NCBI GenBank assembly: GCA_937988825.1
Contig: CALKHT010000056.1
Span: 1 to 64,000 of the forward strand
DNA: 64,000 nucleotides
Reading direction: 5' to 3'
From: an uncultured Phycisphaeraceae bacterium
GTDB lineage: Bacteria; Planctomycetota; Phycisphaerae; Phycisphaerales; Phycisphaeraceae
Shown: one piece after another, positions 48,476 to 57,344 of the stretch
How positions within the stretch are numbered: the stretch's first letter is position 1
How the letters are laid out: each line of letters begins with the position of its first letter
Made by a program: the position numbers and the translations under genes
The notes under the pieces: model-generated
Database searches by the model: none
Told to the model about the DNA's origin: nothing
What the model saw: the letters and a program-made list of their open reading frames with translations, nothing else

Positions 48476-48889
48476 TCATTCCTCCGTGGGAGCAGGGAAC
48501 GCCGGGGCGTCGGCGGATTCGGTCCAGTCCTCGACGTTGTCCAGGTGGAGCTGGGAGGGGCAGGTCTTGCGATAGCCCAGTTTGCGAATGACTTCCAGGA
48601 CCTCGGTCCAGGTGGGGAAAGGCTTGTCGTTGACGCGTTTATAGGCGTCGATGGCGGCGACGAACAGGAACTGCTCCTGCGTCATCTGGCCTTCTTCGGC
48701 GGATTTCATGAAGTCAGAACGACGACGGCCTGGACCGCGACGGCGTTCCAGGCCGGTGTACGTGCGACGGTCAACCACGTTCTGACGCCGATCACCTCCC
48801 CGGCGTCGTTCCACGAGGGTCAGGTCGCTTTTGGGTTGTTCGGCCATGCTTGATCTCCCAGGGGCGTCGGACCGATCGGGCCCGACCAT
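48476..48889 (-). CDS. Hypothetical arginine-rich protein
   Basis: RRRGGDRRQNVVDRRTYTGLERRRGPGRRRSDF basic tract plus a conserved-looking C-terminal FLFVAAIDAYKRVNDKPFPTWTEVLEVIRKLGY; likely start MAEQPK at 48848. Confidence 0.4.
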   Translation of the reverse strand: MVGPDRSDAPGRSSMAEQPKSDLTLVERRRGGDRRQNVVDRRTYTGLERRRGPGRRRSDFMKSAEEGQMTQEQFLFVAAIDAYKRVNDKPFPTWTEVLEVIRKLGYRKTCPSQLHLDNVEDWTESADAPAFPAPTEE

Positions 48890-48907
48890 CCCGTGGGAGG
48901 TCAGGCC

Positions 48908-49162
48908 TCAATCGTCATCCTCATCTTCGAAGTCGTCGTCGTCGAAGTCCTCGTCATCGTCGTCGAAGAGGTCTTCGTCGTCGTCGAAGTCGTCGTCGTA
49001 GTCTTCGTCCTCATCCTCATCGTCAAAAAAGTCGTCGTCCTCCAGATCGTCTTCGTCGTCGATCATGAGAACGGCGTCGTCGTCCCAGGGCTGGGTGGCG
49101 TTGAACGTGAGCGTATCGCTCGCCAACCCGGTGAACGTGTCCAGTTCCAAGAGTTCAGCCAT
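48908..49162 (-). CDS. Hypothetical extremely acidic (D/E-tail) small protein
   Basis: About 30 ordinary N-terminal residues followed by about 55 residues that are almost entirely D/E/F (DDEDDLEDDDFFDDEDEDEDYDDDFDDDEDLFDDDDEDFDDDDFEDEDDD); only 16-18 bp upstream of the Arg-rich ORF on the same strand. Confidence 0.45.
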   Translation of the reverse strand: MAELLELDTFTGLASDTLTFNATQPWDDDAVLMIDDEDDLEDDDFFDDEDEDEDYDDDFDDDEDLFDDDDEDFDDDDFEDEDDD

Positions 49163-49487
49163 GACGTTTTCTCCAACAAATTTTGATTGTCGATGCGTCG
49201 TGTTTTCCGGACCTGATGGTCCGTGGTCTGGTGTGTTGGGAAGCCCAGTGGGATAGGTTCGGAGGTCCCCCTCCCGGCTTGGCCCGGCGTAAACCGGCGG
49301 TTACACTAGCGGCCGCCGGCCATTTGTCAATGGCCCGCTCGCCGACCGGTGGAAAAATTCGGTGTCGCCCCGATCGCCGGGCATTCGGGGCCGTTTTCCC
49401 TCGGCCGGACCGACCGTATACGTATCATGCCCCGGGACGTGAACGCAAGGGAAAAGGCGGACGTCCACCCCGGCTTTTTTTGAAGTT

Positions 49488-49955
49488 TTGCCCAGGAGCG
49501 GCGACGTGTCACGAACGGTGAAGGCTGACGGGTCTCACTTTGTCGCCGCGGCAGGCGCCTGGCTGGTGCCGGGGCTGGGCCACTGGCTGTTGGGTGAGCG
49601 GCGCCGGGCGGCTGTCATCGGGCCGGCCATCGCCCTGCTGTGGTTCCTGGGCATCCTGATCGGCGGCATCGGTGTCATCGATGCCAAACGCAATCAGTGG
49701 TGGTTCCTCGGTCAGATGCTCACCGCTCCCTCCATCCTCGTCGATCAGGCCCGCCAGCGGATCACCGTCGAACGGACCGACCCGCACGATGTTCAGCCCC
49801 TGAGCTACGTCCCCCCGCTGGGACGCACTGCTGAACAGGGCGTCCTCTTCACCGCCCTGGCGGGGATGCTGAACCTGCTGGCGATTCTGGACGTCATGCA
49901 TCGGCCGTTGCACGACCATGCCCCGGCGGCACGGCTGTTTGGAGAACGATCATGA
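49488..49955 (+). CDS. Hypothetical membrane protein
   Basis: Several TM helices; likely GTG start at 49506 preceded by AGGAG. Confidence 0.4.
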   Translation: MPRSGDVSRTVKADGSHFVAAAGAWLVPGLGHWLLGERRRAAVIGPAIALLWFLGILIGGIGVIDAKRNQWWFLGQMLTAPSILVDQARQRITVERTDPHDVQPLSYVPPLGRTAEQGVLFTALAGMLNLLAILDVMHRPLHDHAPAARLFGERS

Positions 49956-50212
49956 CGGGCGTGGGGATCGCGACGATGATGACGATCGTGCCGACGCTGG
50001 CGTGGAAGCCGCTGCTGGAGCCGATGCAGCTCGATGATGTGTGGCTGGTGCTGCTTCTGCCGCTGGTGTTCATCATCGCACTGGTGTACAAGACGATCCG
50101 GCTGAACGATTTAAGGCGGCTGTGGCACCAGACGGCCTACATGTCGGCCCAGATTCTGGTGTTTCTGGTCGCTTCCGCCGCAGTGCTGTGGGTGATCACA
50201 CACACGGTTTAG
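49952..50212 (+). CDS. Hypothetical small membrane protein
   Basis: Start overlaps the upstream stop (ATGA); two or three hydrophobic helices. Confidence 0.35.
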   Translation: MTGVGIATMMTIVPTLAWKPLLEPMQLDDVWLVLLLPLVFIIALVYKTIRLNDLRRLWHQTAYMSAQILVFLVASAAVLWVITHTV

Positions 50213-50264
50213 GATGGCCGGCCGATTGGCGCCCAACTCCAAGTCCTTTGCCTGAGACCGATTG

Positions 50265-51321
50265 GATGCACGACGTCCTGCGACAGCTTGCCGAAGGCCA
50301 ACTGCTGACCACGGAACAGACGGTGGCCGCGTTCGAGGCGATCATGACCGGCCGGGCAACGCCCGCCCAGACCGGAGCGCTGCTGGCGATGCTGCAGATG
50401 CGTGGTCCCACGGTGGACGAGATCGTGGGTGCGGTTCAGGTGATGCGCGACAAGGTGACGCCGGTCGTGGTGCCGGAGGGGCTGACGGTGGTCGACACGT
50501 GCGGCACGGGGGGTGACCACTGCCGAACGTTCAACATTTCGACCGCAGCCGCAATTGTGGCAGCGGGGGCGGCCCGGCCTCACAATGTCGCCATCGCCAA
50601 GCATGGCAATCGGGCGGTCACCAGCCAGTCCGGTTCCAGCCAGGTCCTCGAAGCGCTGGGCGTGAAGCTGAACGTGCGTGGCGAAACGCTGACGCGGTGT
50701 CTGGATGAGGCGGGGCTGTGCTTCTGCTTCGCTCCGCTGCACCATCCGGCGATGAAACATGCCGCGCCGGTGCGCGGTGAACTGGGCTTTCGCACGATCT
50801 TCAACCTGCTGGGTCCTCTGACCAACCCGGCCGGGGCGCGGCGGCAGGTCATCGGGGTGTTCCAGCGCGAACTGGTCGACACCATCGCCCAGGTGCTCGT
50901 GCGGCTGGGGACTGAACACGCGATGGTGGTGCACGGCCGGGTGGAAGACTGCCCGACGGGGCTGGATGAGATCACCACCACGGGTATCACCGACATCGCC
51001 ACCGTGCGGGATGGGAAGATCGACCGGACGGAACTGGACTGCGAGCGGCTGAACCTGCCACGCGTGCAGTTGGAGGTGCTGCAGGTGGACAGCCCGCAGA
51101 TGAGCGCCGAGATGATCCGCTACGTACTCAGCGGCGCCACGGGCCCGGCGCGGGACATTGTCTGCATCAACGCAGCGGCGGCCCTGGTGGTGGCTGACAT
51201 CGTCCGCGAACTGGGCCCGGGGCTGGAACTGGCACAGCGGGCCATCGACAACGGCGATGCCCTGCGGGCGCTGGAAACGCTGGTCGAGGTCACCCAGGCG
51301 GACGCCACCGCGCTGGCGTGA
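50265..51321 (+). CDS. trpD: Anthranilate phosphoribosyltransferase
   Basis: VVDTCGTGGD, NISTAAAIVAAGAG, AKHGNRAVTSQSGSSQVLEALG motifs. The listed ORF starts at 50041; the ATG at 50265 (MHDVLRQLAEG) is the more plausible start. Confidence 0.85.
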
Positions 51322-51809
51322 GCGCAGGCACCAACCTTTCAACCACTTCCGGAGGATTCAACATGTCAACGCAACCCGACCAGGTTGGCCAAACCGCGTC
51401 CCACGCCACTTCGGGCAACCTCGTGCTGACGCTGCTGGCAGCCATGGGGGCGTGTCTTGTTGGGGCGGCGACATGGGCGGGGGTGACATACATCTTCTTG
51501 TCAAAAACGGGGGCACTGCTCATTGGGCTGGGTTCGTTCATTGCCGCGTGGATCGTGGGGTTGGCAGTGCGGAAGGTGGCTGGTCAGGTGACGCGGCGTG
51601 AACAGGCGATCGCGGCGGGGTTTTCCGTTCTGGCAGCCATTGGTGGCATCATCGGGTTGATGATGCTGTCCACGGGCAAGTCGCTGCCCGTTCTTTTTTC
51701 AGAAGCGGAACGGCAGGCCACTTACAACACAATGTTCGACTTCTGGCAGCTCGTGTCGTGGGCCATCGCGGGGGGATGTGGGTGGTATTTCGCGCAACGC
51801 AACGCCTGA
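51318..51809 (+). CDS. Hypothetical membrane protein
   Basis: Four predicted TM helices; overlaps the trpD stop. Confidence 0.4.
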   Translation: MSAGTNLSTTSGGFNMSTQPDQVGQTASHATSGNLVLTLLAAMGACLVGAATWAGVTYIFLSKTGALLIGLGSFIAAWIVGLAVRKVAGQVTRREQAIAAGFSVLAAIGGIIGLMMLSTGKSLPVLFSEAERQATYNTMFDFWQLVSWAIAGGCGWYFAQRNA

Positions 51810-51833
51810 CGGTCGTGCCGCTACAATGCCGCG

Positions 51834-52550
51834 ATGGCTGTTGAGGCTGTGGAAATCGTAAGTCTTGCGCTGGAAACGTCGGCTCGGCAGGGTGAGGTGG
51901 CGCTGGGACGCAGCGATGCGCTTTTGGGGGTACGACCTATCCCGGTGCCGCCGCGTGGGAAGGAGCACCGCGTCGACTTGATAGTGGCGGTGGACGAGTT
52001 TTGCCGGGAGCATGGCGTGGGGCCGGGCGATTTGAGCGAGGTATATGTTTCGATTGGGCCTGGTTCCTTCACGGGGCTGCGCAACGCCGTAACCACAGCG
52101 AAGATGCTGTCGCTGACACTGGGGGTGCGGATCGTCGCGGTGCCGACAACCGATGTGCTGGTGGAGAACGCCCCGGCCGACCTGCCGCATGTGGCGGTGT
52201 GTGTAAACACGAAGCGCGACACGGTTTACGCTGCGGAATATCGGCGCGTGGGTGACCGGTGGGAGCTGGTTCGTCCGGCGGCGACGCTGCCGATGACGCA
52301 GGTGCTGGCACAGGGGGCGCGGCCGCTGGCGATTCTGGGCGACAGACATTTACCGGAGGTGGAGCTGCCCACGGATGTGCATCGGCTGGATGAGGCGCTG
52401 GCGCAGCCACGGGCGGAAGTCGTCTGGCGTCTGGGCCGGGCGATGGCGAAGGCGGGCCGATTCACCGATCCGCTGGAACTGCTACCCTTGTACGCCCGCC
52501 CGCCGGAAGCGGTGGAGCTGTGGGAAGCGCGCGCCCGGACCGCCAGATGA
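51834..52550 (+). CDS. tsaB: tRNA threonylcarbamoyladenosine biosynthesis protein TsaB (YeaZ-like)
   Basis: EVYVSIGPGSFTGLRNAVTTAKMLSLTLGVRIVAVPT is a Kae1/YeaZ-family core lacking the metal-binding histidines. Confidence 0.7.
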   Translation: MAVEAVEIVSLALETSARQGEVALGRSDALLGVRPIPVPPRGKEHRVDLIVAVDEFCREHGVGPGDLSEVYVSIGPGSFTGLRNAVTTAKMLSLTLGVRIVAVPTTDVLVENAPADLPHVAVCVNTKRDTVYAAEYRRVGDRWELVRPAATLPMTQVLAQGARPLAILGDRHLPEVELPTDVHRLDEALAQPRAEVVWRLGRAMAKAGRFTDPLELLPLYARPPEAVELWEARARTAR

Positions 52551-52653
52551 CATCAATGGGGCACCTGTCCCGCCGAATTGTCCTGCCATGGCGCGCCTGG
52601 CGGGATCCGCAACCTATAATCCCCGCCCGGTTTCCTTCTATAGATGGAAGATC

Positions 52654-54033
52654 ATGCTGCCAAAAGTTGTCATCGTGGGTCGCCCGAACGTGGGCAAGTC
52701 GAGTCTGCTGAACCTGTTGGCGGGAAGGCGGGTGAGCATTGTCGATCCGACGGCCGGGGTGACGCGCGATCGGGTGAGCACGACGGTGCTGATCCCTTCG
52801 CCGGAGGTGAAGGACGTCGGCCGGGCGGTGGAGCTGATCGACACGGGCGGCTTCGGCATCGAGGATGTGGACAACCTGACCGCCCAGGTGGAGCGCCAGA
52901 TCGCCGCGGGGCTGGCCGAGGCGGACGTGGTGCTTTTCGTTGTCGACGCGCAGAAGGGGCTGATGCCGCTGGATGAGAAGGTCGCCCGACTGCTGCGCAC
53001 GGGCAACACACGTGCGCCGATTCTACTGGTTGCCAACAAGGTCGATGATGAAAGCTACCTGCTGCACATCCACGAAATGACGCGGCTGGGCTTTGGCGAG
53101 CCGATCCCGCTTTCCGCCACCACCAGCTTCAACAAGCGCAGTTTCCTGGAGACGCTGTGGGATCATCTGCCACCAGAGGCCGGCGCGGAGGATGTCGAAA
53201 AGCATCTGGATCCGGGTGTGCTGATCGCCATCGTGGGCAAGCGCAACGCGGGTAAAAGCACGCTGGTTAACGCACTGGCCGGCGGTGAACGGGTGATTGT
53301 CAGCGAGGTGGAGGGCACGACGCGCGATTCGATCGACGTACGGTTTGAAATCGGCGACCGCGTCTTCACTGCAATCGACACCGCGGGCATGCGCAAGACC
53401 AAGTCGATCAAGGATGACATCGAGTATTACAGCATGCATCGCTCGCTGCGTTCGATTCGTCGCGCGGATGTGGCGCTGCTGTTGATTGATGCGACGGTGC
53501 CCACGAGTCAGGTGGATCGCCAGCTCGGCAACGAGATTCTCAATCACTATCGCCCGTGCGTGATTGTGGTGAATAAGTGGGATCTGGTGCAGGATAAGCA
53601 CACGCAGGAGGAGTATGCCGAGTATCTGGACAAAGCGCTGCAGGGGCTGAACTTCGCGCCGATCGCGTTCATCAGTGCGAAGAACAACGAGGGTGTGCGC
53701 GATCTGGTGGCCATGGCGCTGAACCTGCACGAACAGGCAGGTCATCGCGTGCCCACGGCTGAACTGAACCGCGTGATGCAGCAGATTCTTTCAGAACGCG
53801 GGCCGGCAGCCAAGGGCGGCCGACATGCCAAGATCTACTATGCCACACAGCTTGATGTGCATCCGCCCACCATCGGCCTGTTCGTCAACGATGTGGACCT
53901 TTTCGACAACAACTACCAGCGCTACCTTATCAATCGTCTGCGCGACCATCTGCCCTACAGCGAAGTGCCGATCAAACTGCTGATCCGCCCGCGACGACGC
54001 GCACCGGAGGATGCGGAGATCGCGGAAGAATGA
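52654..54033 (+). CDS. der: Ribosome biogenesis GTPase Der (EngA)
   Basis: Two GTPase domains (GRPNVGKSSLLN...DTGG; GKRNAGKSTLVN...DTAGMR) plus a KH-like C-terminus. The ATG at 52654 (MLPKVVIVG) is the chosen start; the listed ORF starts at 52375. Confidence 0.85.
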   Translation: MLPKVVIVGRPNVGKSSLLNLLAGRRVSIVDPTAGVTRDRVSTTVLIPSPEVKDVGRAVELIDTGGFGIEDVDNLTAQVERQIAAGLAEADVVLFVVDAQKGLMPLDEKVARLLRTGNTRAPILLVANKVDDESYLLHIHEMTRLGFGEPIPLSATTSFNKRSFLETLWDHLPPEAGAEDVEKHLDPGVLIAIVGKRNAGKSTLVNALAGGERVIVSEVEGTTRDSIDVRFEIGDRVFTAIDTAGMRKTKSIKDDIEYYSMHRSLRSIRRADVALLLIDATVPTSQVDRQLGNEILNHYRPCVIVVNKWDLVQDKHTQEEYAEYLDKALQGLNFAPIAFISAKNNEGVRDLVAMALNLHEQAGHRVPTAELNRVMQQILSERGPAAKGGRHAKIYYATQLDVHPPTIGLFVNDVDLFDNNYQRYLINRLRDHLPYSEVPIKLLIRPRRRAPEDAEIAEE

Positions 54034-54202
54034 ATGTGGAGGGAACCGCGAAGAATGCGAATAGGGGCGAAAAAGAATTCGGCATAAAGATACGAACAGT
54101 AGTTATGAAGTGACGCAACTTGTCGCGCTATTGTTTCTTCATTCGCGTCCATTCGTGATTCGCTTTCGAATTTATTTCGGGCTTCGGATTTCGGATTTTC
54201 CT

Positions 54203-54901
54203 ATGTCTACCTCCCTCGCTTCGCGCATTGATCACACGTTGCTCGCGCCGGAAGCCGGTCGGCCCGCGATTCACAAGCTGGTCACCGAGGCGATTCAGTA
54301 TGGGTTCGCGGTGGTGTGTGTGAACGGTATCTTCGCTGCTGATGTGGTTCGCATGTTGCGCGCGGAGACGCAGGGGGCGGTCAAATCGTGCGCGGTGGTG
54401 AACTTTCCGTTCGGCGCCAGCACGCCGACCGTCAAGGCGATCGAGGCGACGATGCTGGCGAAGGATGGGGTGGATGAACTCGATTTCGTGGCGCACCTGC
54501 CGCATCTGCTGAAGAAGGATCTTCATGCGGCAAAGACTGAGTTTCTGGAAATTGTGAAGGCGGCACGCTCAGCCAACCCGCGCATCATCATCAAGGCCAT
54601 CATCGAATCAGCCCTTCTGATGCGCGATGTGGACGCGGCTGAGGCGGAAGCGCGCATCGCCATCGCCTGTCAGGCGGCCCGCGAATCGGGTTGTGACTTC
54701 ATCAAGACGTCGACCGGCTTCCACCCGGCCGGTGGCGCGACCGTCGAGGCTGTCGCGCTCATGAAGAAGCACTCCGGCGGGTTGTACGTCAAGGCGTCCG
54801 GCGGCATCCGCACACGCGAGGATGCGATGCGCATGCTCGATGCCGGGGCAGACCGACTGGGCTGCTCCGCCAGCGTCGCGATTGTGTCGGACAAGAGCTG
54901 A
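54203..54901 (+). CDS. deoC: Deoxyribose-phosphate aldolase
   Basis: IDHTLLAPEA...VCVNG...VNFPFG...DFIKTSTGF...VKASGGIRT (Schiff-base Lys context). Confidence 0.8.
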   Translation: MSTSLASRIDHTLLAPEAGRPAIHKLVTEAIQYGFAVVCVNGIFAADVVRMLRAETQGAVKSCAVVNFPFGASTPTVKAIEATMLAKDGVDELDFVAHLPHLLKKDLHAAKTEFLEIVKAARSANPRIIIKAIIESALLMRDVDAAEAEARIAIACQAARESGCDFIKTSTGFHPAGGATVEAVALMKKHSGGLYVKASGGIRTREDAMRMLDAGADRLGCSASVAIVSDKS

Positions 54902-54904
54902 ATG

Positions 54905-55628
54905 TCACGCGATTGCATGATTCGACTCACGCATCGCAAGCACTGCTTCGGCAATGCGAAGGTCAAGTTCGGTGTCGATGTCGATCACTTCGTGTTCCTC
55001 AGTGACAATCGCCCGGCGGTCACGGCCGAGGAACTGATGCGGATGGGCCGGGTCGACATCGAAAAGACTCGCGCGCGTCACCGCGATCACGCCACTGTTG
55101 AGCATGTAGACGGGCGGCAGATCCTGTCGACGGTAGATTTCGTTGGGCTGATAGTGTTCCAGTTGATCGCCATCAGGTCCGGTCAGCCGACGCATCCATA
55201 ACGGATGCCGTGCACCAACCGGATAGACACATTGCACGCTGTCAGCCCCGGTATCACGCAACTTCGTCAGGGCGCGGTCGGTCAGGTCGTGCGGCCGAAT
55301 CGGCACATTGGCATAAAGAATCGCGACATGGCTGCATGTCTGGTTTGTCGTGTTTTCCCATGCGGCAACGCCGTGTCGCGCAGCAGCATCGACCGTCGCG
55401 GTGTCGCTGGCGAGTTCAGCCGGTCGCTCAAAGCAGTGGACGCCATGCGCCCGACCGACTTCGAGGATTTCCGGATCATCGGAACTGAGCACCACATCGT
55501 CGATCAGCCGTGACTGTTTGGCGTGTTCGATCGTCCATGCGACAAGCGGTCGACCGCCCAGCAGACGCAGATTCTTGCGCGCCAGGCCGCGACTGCCACC
55601 ACGTCCGATGATGACGGCCAGATTCATC
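54905..55628 (-). CDS. CMP-nonulosonic acid (N-acylneuraminate/pseudaminate-type) cytidylyltransferase
   Basis: MNLAVIIGRGGSRGLARKNLRLLGGRPLVAWTI... matches the NeuA/PseF/KdsB-family N-terminus; about 240 aa. Confidence 0.7.
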
Positions 55629-55631
55629 ACA

Positions 55632-57323
55632 TCACGCCCGATACCACTGTCGACAGTTGCCGCACAACGGCGAGGCTTCCCACGCGCCCTGGGCATGCTG
55701 CCTGCGCAGCGGCTGCAATGCGTGCCAGAGTTGCGCCACCGGCTGATCGCCCGCGTTGCCCGCAGCGGCCCGGCCGAACCAGTCCTGATCGCACTGCGCA
55801 ACCGAACCATCGCACAGAATCGTCATCCGTCGTGTGATCTGCCGACACGGATATCGCCGCGGCGGCGCCAATGGCAACACACTCTGGTCTGCAATCACAC
55901 CGCCACCATCCGTGGGCGACTCAATCACTGCATGACGCGTGTAGTAGATCCAGCGATCAAAGAAGCTTTCCAGATCGCCAACGTTATCCGCCGTCTTGAT
56001 CATACGCGGCACGATCCAGGGCACACCAGGTTGCACTGCCGTGTTCGTTGCATCAGCCGAGCGGCGGTTGCGTTCGTTCAACAATGTCTCGATCGCCTTG
56101 ATCACATCGCCGAAACGATCCACACCCATGACGCGCCGGTAGGTTGCGGCACAATCGGCGTTCAGTCGCACGGTAACGACATCCACCGGCAGATCGAGCA
56201 GGCGAAGAAAGACATCCGGCTCGACGAGCAGATCGGTTTCGACGGCAATGCCGAACACACCCGCCATGTGAGCCGCGACGATGATGTCGGCGAAGTCCTC
56301 GTGCAGCAGCGGATCGCCCATGCCACCGAGCGTGAGCGCCACATCGCCCGCCTCGCCAAGCTGCTGCACGATGCGCATCGCGGTCTGCGTAGGTATTGGA
56401 TCGCGTGAAAGATCGATGTGATGTTGCGGCACGATAGGCCCATTTGCCAGTCGCCTGGTGTTCAGTTCCAGCGTCACCTGCTGCGGCATATCGGCAAAAC
56501 CCAGCAGGGCTGCATCAGCCTGGCCGTTGGACGCCATCGCATGGAATGCGTTGACAATCGCCTGAGCATCGGCCTGCACGAGTGCTTCATCATCGAATCG
56601 TGCGGCAACGGCACGCAACATCGCGATGCTGCGCGGTGTGTCGTAAATGAAACGGCGGGCACAATTGCGGATTGCCGGGGCGATCTGCACACAGACATCC
56701 CGACCGATCGGATCGGCCTGTGGTCGTTTGGGATCGTAGGCGATCACCTGACCGAAGGTAGCCAGCGTCCCCGCCATCTGCTCGAGCAGTTCCGCGCTGA
56801 CCGCCACACCCGTCAGCCCGGGCGGCGCCTGTGTGAAGGTCATGCGCATCGCCTCGGGGTGCTCCAGATTCAGCGCCAGTACCCGCGAGCAAAGTTCCGC
56901 ATCAAGGAAGGGCCAGTCGCCGCCCGCGAGCAGTGCACTGGTCGCGCCATGTTCGCGCATCGCGGCGAGAATCGGCGCGGCGGGCAACAGCTCATCGTAA
57001 CAAAGCGCCCCGCCCAGTCCGCCGCGCCAGTTGGGCAGCGCCCACTTTCGCGATGCGATGCGCATGGCGCTGTAACGATCCGTCAATCCATCCGCATCGG
57101 CGAAGGTGTGTACCGGCTTATCGAAGGCGCAACCCTCCAATAGCGGCTGCATATCCTGTCCGGTGGGGTGCACAATGACCACCGATTCCACGCGGCGCAC
57201 CTTCGCTGCCCGCCCCACCGTGTGCGCCAGCACCGTGCGATCACCCAATCGTTCGTTCAGCCGCGACGGCAGCCCCAGCCGGGTGCGTTGAAGGTCAGCG
57301 ATGATGACGGCAATGGCAGCCAT
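55632..57323 (-). CDS. Hypothetical fusion protein: N-terminal SpsF/cytidylyltransferase-like region, central radical-SAM-like barrel lacking CxxxCxxC, C-terminal Cys-rich SPASM-like tail
   Basis: AVIIADLQRTRLGLPSRL (compare IpARmgSsRLPgK of SpsF-type NTases); LTLGGMGDPLLHEDF... (G.GEPLL-like); C-terminal CDGSVAQCDQDW...CGNC. Confidence 0.35.
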   Translation of the reverse strand: MAAIAVIIADLQRTRLGLPSRLNERLGDRTVLAHTVGRAAKVRRVESVVIVHPTGQDMQPLLEGCAFDKPVHTFADADGLTDRYSAMRIASRKWALPNWRGGLGGALCYDELLPAAPILAAMREHGATSALLAGGDWPFLDAELCSRVLALNLEHPEAMRMTFTQAPPGLTGVAVSAELLEQMAGTLATFGQVIAYDPKRPQADPIGRDVCVQIAPAIRNCARRFIYDTPRSIAMLRAVAARFDDEALVQADAQAIVNAFHAMASNGQADAALLGFADMPQQVTLELNTRRLANGPIVPQHHIDLSRDPIPTQTAMRIVQQLGEAGDVALTLGGMGDPLLHEDFADIIVAAHMAGVFGIAVETDLLVEPDVFLRLLDLPVDVVTVRLNADCAATYRRVMGVDRFGDVIKAIETLLNERNRRSADATNTAVQPGVPWIVPRMIKTADNVGDLESFFDRWIYYTRHAVIESPTDGGGVIADQSVLPLAPPRRYPCRQITRRMTILCDGSVAQCDQDWFGRAAAGNAGDQPVAQLWHALQPLRRQHAQGAWEASPLCGNCRQWYRA

Positions 57324-57344
57324 GAGCGGTCACTACTTTCCAAT

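Noticed and set aside
49440-49480. Hairpin plus T7 run (GGACGT...ACGTCC...CTTTTTTT) resembling a terminator
   Set aside because: Lies in a divergent promoter region between two outward-facing genes, where a terminator makes little sense; the stem is short and interrupted. It could belong to an unannotated sRNA, but the evidence is insufficient.
50209-51342. Minus ORF, 377 aa
   Set aside because: Antisense to trpD.
53023-53745. Minus ORF, 240 aa
   Set aside because: Antisense to der (EngA).
55350-57143. + ORFs 55350..56408 and 56418..57143
   Set aside because: Antisense to the cytidylyltransferase and fusion-protein genes; no motifs.
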